Assembly: GCF_032444005.1 (NCBI RefSeq)
Contig: NC_091291.1
Span: forward strand, 29,822,001 to 29,886,000
Direction of reading: 5' to 3'
DNA: 64,000 bases
Source: Ranitomeya imitator
Lineage: Eukaryota
Of the stretch, positions 9,105 through 19,630 are shown piece after piece. The notes under the pieces are model-generated. The model saw nothing but the letters and a program-made list of their open reading frames with translations, searched no databases and was not told where the DNA came from. Each line of letters opens with the position of its first letter. Positions within the stretch are counted from its first letter, which is position 1. Both the position numbers and the translations under genes were made by a program.

Positions 9105-12100
9105 GTAAGAGCGCCACGGCTAACCCTCCCGTACTACAACTCCCAGCATGCTTGGCCATGTTCGGAGGGTTGTGCTGTAGCCTGATCGGACCATGCACAT
9201 ATACCATGGGTGTCAGCTGTCACATGCACAGGATTTAGGCGACCCCCCCCCCCCCCATCCACGCCTGTGCCCCATAGTGCTGACTTTCTTTTAGGGTCCC
9301 GTTCTAATACATAGAATTAGGAAGTTACCGATTCCAGACTTTAAAGGTCACATAAATCCCCTAAAGTTGTGACCCTCCAAACATTGGGGCTCAGTCTGCA
9401 AAGAAACGCCCGGTGTCCAGTGTGGGTGTACAGGGTGGATGGCTGACACTCCCACAGAGGAGCGCTCCCCACCGTATCCCACCCACAGAAAGCCTGGAGG
9501 GGCCGGGAACATTCCAGGCTGTTAACGTGGCAGGATCCAGATTTTTTTTTTTTTTCTTGAGGTAGGAGGGATAAGAATGGGAAACCGTGTCTGGCCCCTT
9601 GTAAGGATGCAGAAGACTCTCGGCACCAAAGTCCGCTCCGCCAGCGCTGATCGCTGCCGTTCTGGATTGCAATGCACTTCCACATTCTTCTCCCCCCGGG
9701 TGCGTGGACAGCAGTGAGGCTGCCGGGACCGGTCGCTTCTGACCCATTTTCTGACCCATAGAAAATTTTAAAAAAAGTCTGCTTTTGTATTTGATCCTCC
9801 TTTTCCCTCCAGGCATGGACATTTTGGTTTAGATGGCCCCTTTCTCATGGTTTGGGGTCTATGAGCAGGTACTTGCTCTGGAGGACCCCGACCATCAGTG
9901 TTGCAAGAAAAGTCGCTCCGTATAGTCATGTAATACAGGACCGGGATATGCAACGTAAAGGTCGACTAGCATGGGTCTGTGGTCAGGTGAGGGTCTGCAC
10001 CATCGGTACAGATGCCATGTTAACGCTTCACAAACTTTGCAGATCTATCAACATCAAGATTTATCAGTGGGTAAACCAGACCCCCCAAAATTAAGGCCCA
10101 CACAAAAATTAACTCTGACCCAAGCCAGACCCCTAAAATGAATGGGACCCAAGACCAGTTTCCCTAAATCAAATGAATGGGACCCAAGACCAGTTTCCTT
10201 AAATCAAATGAATGGGACCCAAGACCAGTTTCCCTAAATCAAATGAATGGGACCCAAGACCAGTTTCCTTAAATCAAATGAATGGGACCCAAGACCAGTT
10301 TCCCTAAATCAAATGAATGGGACCCAAGACCAGTTTCCCTAAATCAAATGAATGGGACCCAAGACCAGTTTCCCTAAATCAAATGAATGGGACCCAAGAC
10401 CAGTTTCCCTAAATCAAATGAATGGGACCCAAGACCAGTTTCCCTAAATCAAATGAATGGGACCCAAGACCAGTTTCCCTAAATCAAATGAATGGGACCC
10501 AAGACCAGTTTCCCTAAATCAAATGAATGGGACCCAAGACCAGTTTCCCTAAAATAAAATGGGACCCAAGACCAGTTCCCCTAAAATGAATGAATGGGAC
10601 CCAAGACAAGGTTCCCCTAAACTCATTCAAACCTCAGTGCAGACACAAAAATGAACTCTGACCCAAGACCAGCCCCCTAAACTAAGTCCGACTCCTAGCA
10701 AGACCTAGACTAAATCCCTCTAAAATGACTAAGACCCCTTAACTTAAATGCGACCTTCCCGGTTCTGCTGCGCACAAGCTCTGAGCTGTGACCAGTCCAC
10801 GATCTTGTGTGCCAGACCTCCATACCCCATGCTTCTATGATGGAAGGTGTGAGGGGTCCGGATAGCGGAGCAGCCCCTGATCTAACGCTTGCTGTGTTAC
10901 TGACCGGCGCAGGACACGGCGCTCCGACATTAATCTCTCCAGTTTTTGGTTTGTTGCAGGAAGATAGTTGATAAGATTGACAGTAATAATGACTCCTATG
11001 TCACAGCGCCGGAGCTCTTGGCCTGGATGAAGTTTGTGCACGGGCGCTTTGTTTCCGAGGATGTGGATAAGCAGGTGCTGCTGTGTGATAAGAACCGTGA
11101 CGGATCGGTGTCTTGGGAGGAGTACTCCAAACAGACGTACTCCCATCCCATAGGTACGGCCCTGGTGCAATCTCCGCTTAATCGTTGTTTGTTTCCTTTC
11201 TGTCTCCTGCAGGAAGATAGTAGATAAGATAGACAAGAATAAAGATGGCTTCATTACTGGCGAGGAGCTGAAAAATTGGATCACGCACTCCCAGAACCGA
11301 TACATCTATGACAATGTGAATAAGCACTGGGCAGATTACGATAAGGACAAGGACAATGCCATCTCCTGGGAGGAGTACAAGAACACCACGTATGGGTATG
11401 CCGCAGGTAAGGGGGTGAGAGCATGGCCTGTCGGAGGGGAGGGCCCCTGTCAAACTGCCGCTTCTTAAAGACCACCTAAATGTTCTCCAGAAAAGCCCGG
11501 CGTCTCCCTGCCAGGTGTCCGAACTAATCAGACTCGGGTTGGATACTATGGCCGACCCCCACCGGATAGGTGAGGACTAAATGTGTGGGGTCTGACCACT
11601 GGGACTCGCTCAACTTAAGGATTCTTGTAGTGAGCATACTCTGCCATCACCAAAACTGCCGTGGTCACATGCTCACTGCCATTCCCAAAGACCCACAGAA
11701 GTGGAAAAAAACTCCTAATTTCCCCTTTCCCAAAGCATTATTTCCATGATCACAGTTTAGGAGCGCACTGCTCCCCTGCCTCCTGCTTGTTCGGGAGAGG
11801 GTGCGCTCCTGATGATTGACAGTTCGAACAAAGCTACCTTGTGCAGCAAGCAGGGGCAGCTCTACCTGTGCAGCATCTAGCGAGCAGTCATGGCGTTCAT
11901 TGCCCAGGAAGCCGACCACCTCTTATAGACTGCAGCGCTGGCCGGTAACCTACACACCCTTTACAATTACAAGTCTTGGGAACGGAGAGGGTAAATTGCA
12001 AAGTTGCTCGTTTCTACAATTTTACCCCTTAAAATGGGAGTATAATGTCCTCTGTGTGAATGGAGCAGCTCTCTTGTGGCAGCGCCAACAAATTACATGT

Positions 12101-13907
12101 CTTTATAAGCGGTTTGCATCGCTTTCACCCATATCGATGGCACATTGGCTTTCTTGGCGGTCTCGGGTGCAGTTTGGGGGCACAGTGCTGGCTCCGGGCA
12201 GGATTATGCTTTCATTCCCTTATTGTGCATGCTCTGGTGGAGTAATAAAATACGGAATAGATAAAAGTTTAGGAACAAAACTGTCCCGGCCGCAGGGGGT
12301 GGACATGACACCGGGATTAAGAGCGAATGTGTCATGTCCGACCCCCCCCCCCTAAGGCCCTGCACCGTTTTGGTGTCGACACCGTGAATTTCTTGGTTTG
12401 ATCAATGTTAAAACCAAGCGAAGACAAGTAACGTCCGTCTCTCGTCCTTCTCAGGAGAAGTCGAGTTCTACGACATTCCCGATAAAGAAACCTACAGGAA
12501 GATGATGAAACGCGACGAGAGACGATTCAAGCAAGCCGACAAAAATGGCGACCTGATCGCCACCAGGGAGGAGTTCACGGCGTTCCTGCACCCGGAAGAG
12601 TTTGACTATATGCAAGACCTCGTGGTCACGGTAAGACTCCGGCGTTCATGGTGATATTCCCATCTCTCACGGTGGGGGAAGGGGTTCAGGATGTTGTCGT
12701 TGTTCATTTCTAAACTTTACCTTACTGGCTTTTGTAGGAAACCATCGAGGACATCGATAAAAACGGAGACGGTTCAGTGGATGTTGACGAATACATTGGT
12801 GAGTTATATTATTAAAACACCTGGGCTTCATAAAGGGGGTCTTCCTTCTGGCTGTTAAAGATTGGGTCATTTACTCTGAAGAACCCTCCCAATAGAAAAC
12901 CTGTTTTTCATCAGGACAGCTTTGATGGAGAAAAATAGTTTAAGGACAATCATGTCCTTAATATTGACTTTCGCCCCTCTTTAGGCGACATGTTCACTCC
13001 TGAAGCCGAAGAACCTGAGCCCGAATGGGTTAAAACAGAGCGCCAGCAATTCAAAGATCACCGCGACCTAAATAAGGACGGAAAGTTGGACCGGTCCGAG
13101 ATCAGCCACTGGATCCATCCACATGACTATGACCACGCAGACCTGGAAGCCAAGCATCTCATCTACGAGTCTGATAAAGACAAGGTAAGCGGTCGCGTAA
13201 GGAGGAAACCCGACGATCATCCAAAGTCCATAGAAGAAGAAGAAGCCCCTTTTAGCAACTTAAACTTTCCAAAAAAAAACAATATCTTCCCATTCCACAT
13301 ATTCCTCTGCATTGATGTTTCAGGAAATAATTACAGAACCGCTGTCAGACACAGCCAGACTCCACAAAGAAAAGGCAGAAACTGCTTAGAACCACTCCTG
13401 CCTTCCGGATTTCTGAGCGAGTGCCACATGCACAGTGTCAGGTTGTAACTTGCCTTTCCTCTTCCGGACACAGCCATCATATGATTGTCTGGAGGAGAGA
13501 ACAAGGACTTATCAAGCCCAGATCGGCTCTGCAGTGCAGAAAGGAGGCAGAATTTGCCCTGTAATGAGGTAGTGGCAGCAAAAGTGGATGACTCTTCACG
13601 AAAGCCTCATGCACATGCTGCCTGAAACCATCATCTCTGCAAAAAAGTCAGTGCAGATTTTGGAATCCGTCTCATTATAACTTCTGCTGCAGAGTCCGAA
13701 CTCTATGGGGAAAATGTAAGACTAGCGCCCCCCAGTGGCCAAAAAGTGAATGCATAAAGGAGTAGTGTTTGTAGATATATTTGTATTTATTTTTTTTAGG
13801 ATGACAAACTGACCAAGAAAGAAATCCTGGACAACTGGAACATGTTTGTGGGCAGTCAGGCGACAAACTACGGTGAAGATCTGACGAGGCGGCATGATGA
13901 ATTTTAG
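8863..13907 (+). CDS. rcn3: Reticulocalbin-3 (CREC-family multi-EF-hand ER protein), 326 aa
   Basis: join(8863..9104, 10960..11153 OR 11213..11406, 12455..12630, 12738..12798, 12985..13184, 13800..13907) = 981 nt, all GT-AG and in phase. It has a signal peptide, [43 protein letters not shown] and [18 protein letters not shown], and is adjacent to nosip as in human. Confidence 0.92.
10141..10620. repeat. 35-bp tandem repeat (AATGGGACCCAAGACCAGTTTCCCTAAATCAAATG), ~13 copies, rcn3 intron 2
   Basis: Directly visible. Confidence 0.95.
10960..11153 (+). CDS. rcn3: rcn3 alternative exon 3a (EF-hands 1-2, divergent version)
   Basis: TTGTTGCAG| acceptor, G|GTACGG donor, 194 nt, open frame [64 protein letters not shown]. 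Confidence 0.8.
11213..11406 (+). CDS. rcn3: rcn3 alternative exon 3b (EF-hands 1-2, canonical-like version)
   Basis: TCTCCTGCAG| acceptor, G|GTAAGG donor, 194 nt, [64 protein letters not shown]. Confidence 0.93.
12455..12630 (+). CDS. rcn3: rcn3 exon 4
   Basis: [58 protein letters not shown]; AG/GT boundaries. Confidence 0.95.
12738..12798 (+). CDS. rcn3: rcn3 exon 5 (61 nt)
   Basis: [20 protein letters not shown]; TTTGTAG acceptor, GTGAGT donor. Confidence 0.95.
12985..13184 (+). CDS. rcn3: rcn3 exon 6 (200 nt)
   Basis: [42 protein letters not shown]...ESDKDK; GTAAGC donor. Confidence 0.95.
13800..13907 (+). CDS. rcn3: rcn3 last coding exon
   Basis: [35 protein letters not shown]. Confidence 0.95.
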   Translation, partial: DDKLTKKEILDNWNMFVGSQATNYGEDLTRRHDEF

Positions 13908-14007
13908 GACGTTTCGGTCTTTTTCTGCTCCCGAACGAGCGTACATCACCCAGCACATTGCTGGTAACTGACAAGGGGGGGACTGGAGGGGATGGAAAAT
14001 GTGGGTA

Positions 14008-14038
<31 letters not shown>

Positions 14039-14621
14039 CTGAAGATTACTCATTCAAGAAATAGGACTGCTGCCGTCAGGGAAATGAAGCCAGCCATGCT
14101 GTCCTATATTTCTAAAACTTTTTTTTTCTCTTCTTGTCTTCACAAAAGCTATATGTGATACGGAAAACCTGAATACCATTATTAATAAGGGGTCCGCGCC
14201 ACTAAGCAATAACATGTCTGAAAACTGCGAAGTGGTCATGGAAGCAGATCAGATCACTAAGGGTTAAGCCTCATTTAGACATGAGAATACGTATCGGCCA
14301 TGGGACCACCCCCACCACCACAACTTGGGTCTGAAGACTTGCAGCCGGTCTGTACTCTGATGTGTGGGTCAGGCTTGTCCCATCACGATAAACATACATG
14401 ATCTTCTCCGAAATCAGGACTTTAAATCCTCATTAACTATCAGTATTGGGGTCTCCAAGCCCCCCTATAGGATACAACTGCCTTTACGATCTTGCTATCC
14501 CCCTTGCCCAGGGTCGGATCCTAACATTGCAAGTTCTTGTGTCTCATTTTTACAACTGACCTAATGTTTTTGTATTTTTAGACATTTTTTTTTTTTTTAT
14601 TGAGACCATTTCCAACAAATC

Positions 14622-14627
14622 AATAAA
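14622..14627 (+). terminator. Candidate rcn3 polyadenylation signal (AATAAA)
   Basis: First canonical AATAAA I found after the stop, ~715 nt downstream, in AT-rich 3'UTR-like sequence. Confidence 0.5.
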
Positions 14628-16597
14628 TTATAAAAAAAAAAATTCTATATTTTTTTTCTTAAAGTAATTAAGAGAGTGTAAATGCAATTGATGACAAGTT
14701 TCTGCTAACCTGATGTTAAAACATAAAAATTACATGACATCTGCAATTAAAATTAAGTGTTCAGATAAAAGGAATTGTCCCCAAATATTATACATTATCC
14801 CCCCTACCTTATCAATATGATAGGGTGGATAACTTTTTGGCCAAAGAAGGGGGGGGGGGGGGTCTGACCACCGATCCAGTTTCAAAGGGAGACTCTGTTC
14901 CATTGTCAACAAAACTACCGGAAATAGTCGAGCGCTGTAATCTGCTTTCGCCGAACGTTCCGCCAAGAATGGATGGAGCGAAGGTTGAACGTGCGCCAAC
15001 TCCGCTCGGTCCAAGATGCAGCTCTACAGAGACTGATTCTTAAGATCCTGGCACTCAGACCAGCAAGTTTTCATTCCCCTATCAGATAAATAACTGATAA
15101 CTTCTGCCATTTGGGAAAAATGAGGGTTTTTTGCTACTCGCCGTAAAGTCTTTTACTTGTAACCTTCATGGTTTTCTGCCCCCTACCCCCCCCCCCCCCC
15201 ATCCCCAATGAAGCAATAGAGAAATGAGGATTTTGGGTACTCACCGTCCAGATTTTTACTTGTAGCCTTCATGGTTTTCTATCCCCCCTTCCCCATGGAG
15301 GACTTTTCTCCTGAAGGCCTCTGCTTACATCAGGTCTAGCCTGTAATGCTTGGAGAACGTATGGACCGAGGACCAAGTAGCAGCTCTGCCTATCTGCTCA
15401 GCTGAAGCACTGGCTTTCTCAGCCCAGGAGACAGATGTTGCGGTGGAAGGCCCTTGATGTGATATGACTCAGATTGCTCTATTGATACAGTTGGCAATCG
15501 TGGATCTGGAAGTCTTCTTCCCTTTATTCTGTCCTCGAAGATGAACAAACAGGTTTTGATCCTTCCAAGTTTTTTCTGTCTCCTGAAGATAGTGGAGCAC
15601 CGTTCTCCGAACGTCCAGAATGTGGAACTCCTTTTCTTTACTTCCCGGGTCTTAATAGGAGGGAAGAATTATTTCCTGAGACCGCTTTGAGAAGAAAAGA
15701 GAGGTCCAGTCGCAGAAAAAGTCGGTTCTGTAAGATTCTCATGTAGGGCTCGTTGATCGAGAGAGCCTGAAACTTGTCATCCCTCCTGCCTATAGTTATC
15801 GTTACCAGACAGGCTGCTTTCCAGGAGAGTCTGTCTATGGATGACAAGTGCTCAAAGGGTGGTAGTGTGAGCCCCTTTAGGACCACAATGAGGTCCCAGG
15901 ACAGTACTAAATTTGTAGCTCTTGGATGTAGGTGAGATACTGCCGTCATAAATCTTCTGATCCATCGGTGGTCGGCTAATGTCTGGTCAAAATATGAACT
16001 TACAGTCGTCACCTGAACTTTGAGGGTGCTAGGTCTGAGACCCTTCTCTAGTACTTGCAGAAAAGCCAGGATCTGTGCCATGTTTGGTTGGTATGGGTCA
16101 GGCTGTTCGGGTACACTCCATGAGATAAAGGTCTTCCATATCTTCTGGTATATAAAATGTGTTGCTTTTCTGCTCCTCAGTAGTGTCCTAATGAACCTTT
16201 CTGACAATCCTCTGGTCTACAGGATTGAGAACTCAGAAGCCAGGCAATTAGATGTAACCTCTTGGGATCTGGATGGAAGATTGGTCACTGGTGGAGGAGG
16301 CTTCTGACCGGGTGTAGTGCTACCGGTTCCTGTATACTCAAGCTGAAAAGGGTACCGAACCAACTTCTTTTGGGCCAGAATGGTGCTACCAGAAATATCT
16401 TGACCTTTTCCAATCTTATCATCTGTAGAACTCTTGGTAGGATTCGTAAAAAGGAGGGAAGGCATAAGCCAGTCAATCTCCATGGGTGGGCTAACGCCTC
16501 TACACCTAAGCAAGGATCAGTTGGATTTAGTGAAGAATATTGATCCACTTTTGCATTCTGTCCACTTGCAAAGGGATCTACCTCTGGGCAGCCCCAC

Positions 16598-18922
16598 TTT
16601 ACTCGGACTCCCATGACAGCACAACGAGAGAGGGGATCCGCCCATTAGGAACAGGAAACCTACAGATACAAAAGGGCGGTACCTCTCCCTTGCCTCAGTT
16701 GTCACAGGTAACACGTGTTGTAACGACAGACGCTAGCCCTACGGGTTGGGGAGCACACATGGATGACATGATGGTTCAGGGTCTATGGTCCCCTCCCCTA
16801 ACATCAGCCTCCTCCAACCAGAAAGAGTTAATGGCAGTAGAGCTTTCAGTGAAAAAATTCCTCATATATCTGCAGGGTCATCATGTCAAGATCCTATCGG
16901 ACAACCAGGTGGCGGTCGCATACATAAATCATCAGGGTGGAACTCATTCCGAGTCACTGATGAGAGTGGCGGATCGTCTGTTCCAGACAGCAGAAAATCA
17001 CTTCTTATCCCTAACTGCTCTACACATAAGAGGAAAAGAAAACATCAAAGCGGACTTTCTAAGCCGCAACACCTTGAGACAAGGGGAATGGTCCCTAAAC
17101 AATTACGTGTTCGATCAGATTGTCCACAAATGGGGACATCCAGAAGTAGACTTATTTGCTACCAGGGACAACCGGAAGACAACAAGATTTTGTTCCCTAA
17201 ATCCCAGAGAAAATCCTCTGTCGGTAGACGCTTTTCTGATCAGATGGGATTTTCAACTGGCACATGCATTTCCTCCACTAGGCCTGATACCCTTAGTAGT
17301 CAGGAAGATAAGAGAAGATCGAGCCAGAGTTATATTGATTGCCCCATTCTGGCCCAGAAGGGCCTGGTTCACTTGGCTCAGGATCATGTCAGTGGAGGAC
17401 CCCTGGGTACTTCTGGACATTCCAGATCTGCTCTACCAGGGGCCGATCAGCCATCCTCAAGTAAAGAATCTCCATTTAACGGCATGGATTTTGAAAGGGC
17501 GTTACTAAAAAGCAAAGGGTTCTCCCCGAGTCTAATTGAGACCCTTATGAAAAGTAGAAAGCAGATAACCACAACAATCTACGCTAGGACCTGGCGGAAA
17601 TTTCTGGCCTCTTCTGATTTTAATTTAGAAGAGGGATTACCTATTAAACAAATCTTAGAATTTCTGCAAAAAGGCCTAGAACTAGATCTATCCACTAGTA
17701 CTCTAAGGGTACAGGTCTCGGCCCTAGGGGCTCTATTTTCATGTAACATCGCCAATAATTATTGGATCTCAAGGTTCATTAAAGCTTCTATTAGATCTAG
17801 ACCCATACATAAAGATAGATCTATGCCTTGGGATCTCAACCTAGTCCTGTCAGCATTGACTAGAGAGCCGTTTGAACCATTACAATCAGCTTCAATTAAG
17901 GCCCTATCTCTTAAGACAGCCTTTCTTGTGGCAATTACATCTGCTCGTAGAGTTGGAGACATACAAGCGCTCTCCAGAGTATCCCCTTATACAGAGTTTC
18001 TACCAGACAGAGTAATCCTCAGACCGGACCCAGCCTACTTACCAAAAGTGTCATCACAGTTTCACAGGACACAGGAGATCGTTTTACCATCCTACCTTCC
18101 CAATCCCTCCAACCCTAAAGAAGAACTACTCCATACATTAGATGTTAGGAGATGCCTGCTAGAATACATCTCTATTACTGACACATGGAAGAAAGATAAT
18201 GCGTTGTTTTTATCTTTCCAAAACCCTAGAAAGGGACTTAGGGTATCAAAGTACACTAGCAAAGTGGATTAGGGAGGCTATCTCTTTGGCTTACACTGCA
18301 GGTGGGGGTCCGGCTCCGCAGAATCTGAGGGCACATTCCACCAGGGCCATGGCTACATCCTGGGCGGAAAAGTCTGGAGTATCAATCGACCAAATATGTA
18401 AGGCGGCCACATGGTCATCCCCGTCCACCTTCTTTAAGCACTATAGGTTGGATTTGGGGGCTTCCTCTGATCTCACATTTGGGTTAAGGGTGCTACAGGC
18501 CATAGTCCCTCCCTAAGGAAGTTTACATCTCTGTAATTCTCTCGTCGTGCTGTCATGGGAGTCCGAGTAAAGCATTAAGCTACTTACTGGTAGCGGCATT
18601 TCTCGGAGGCCCATGACAGCACCCTTAGTTCCCTCCCTATTCACTGGGGGTTGCACTCCATATAAATGTATATATTTCACAATATGATACCAGTCCCAAT
18701 AGATGTCTGCTATTTTTGTATATAATCTGTATATAGTGTATATTTTTGTGTACCACTAACCGCGGTAATCCTCTCAAGACTCTGAAATACAACTGAGGCA
18801 AGGGAGAGGTACCGCCCTTTTGTATCTGTAGGTTTCCTGTTCCTAATGGGCGGATCCCCTCTCTCGTCGTGCTGTCATGGGCCTCCGAGAAATGCCGCTA
18901 CCAGTAAGTAGCTTAATGCTTT
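16598..18922 (+). mobile_element. Internally deleted DIRS1 element (element 2): ITR - RNase H/MT - YR - ICR - ITR, no gag/RT
   Basis: Begins and ends with TTT. Left ITR 16598-16703 is inverted at ~18790-18885. ICR ~18540-18625 is complementary to both termini. Motifs TDASPTGWGA, SDNQVAVAYINHQGG, APFWPRRAWF, SARRVGDIQAL, HSTRAMATSWA. The host reading frame rejoins across the insertion. Confidence 0.92.
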
Positions 18923-19630
18923 CCGGTCAGTATCTGAAAGACCTCAGTCTAGACTCCATTCCCCTGGAAGAATCTCTGTTCTGCTCAGAAAGTCGAGCTG
19001 TATGTTTACCGCACCCTTTATATGCAGAACGGACAGGGAGAGGGTGTTCTTCGGACCATGAGAATATTCTGGTTGATGTTGCCTTCAGGTCCTCATGCCT
19101 TGTACTACCTTGATAACGAAGGTGGGCAACTGTTGTCTGAACATATTTTGACATGAGTGTCCTGAACTAGGGCTCCTGCAGCTCTGAGTAATTCCTCTAC
19201 TGCCTTCAGTCCCCTGAAGTTTGAGGATTGTTGGCTTATCTCACCTGATCAGTATCCCTGGAACACGTGTTGGGAGACCATGGTTCCCCATCCTTTCCTG
19301 CTAGCGTCCACCTTTATAATGATTGCTGGGTCTTGTGTTCAGGGGTCCCGCCTGCTCAAATTCTTTGTCTTTACCACCATGTCAATAAGGTTTTTATGCG
19401 AGATGGCATCAAGATCTTCCTGTCTAAGGATTCCGATGATCTGTCCCAGTTTGCCAGAATGAAGCGTTCTGGTATGTGCCTGTGCCTGTTACCATCTGGA
19501 TACAGGACGTCATGGATCAGTGAACCAACATGGCCCATCTTAATGACGACACCACTTTCTAGCGCTGTAGCATCTTTATCTTAGATGTTTTTGTTTGGGC
19601 AAGAAAGATGTTTGGCTGTGTGAGTCTAGT

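Noticed and set aside
8863-13907. Calling the gene calumenin (HDEF end, alternative exon pair) or RCN1
   Set aside because: [32 protein letters not shown], the exon sizes and the nosip adjacency fit RCN3 better; a tree is still needed.
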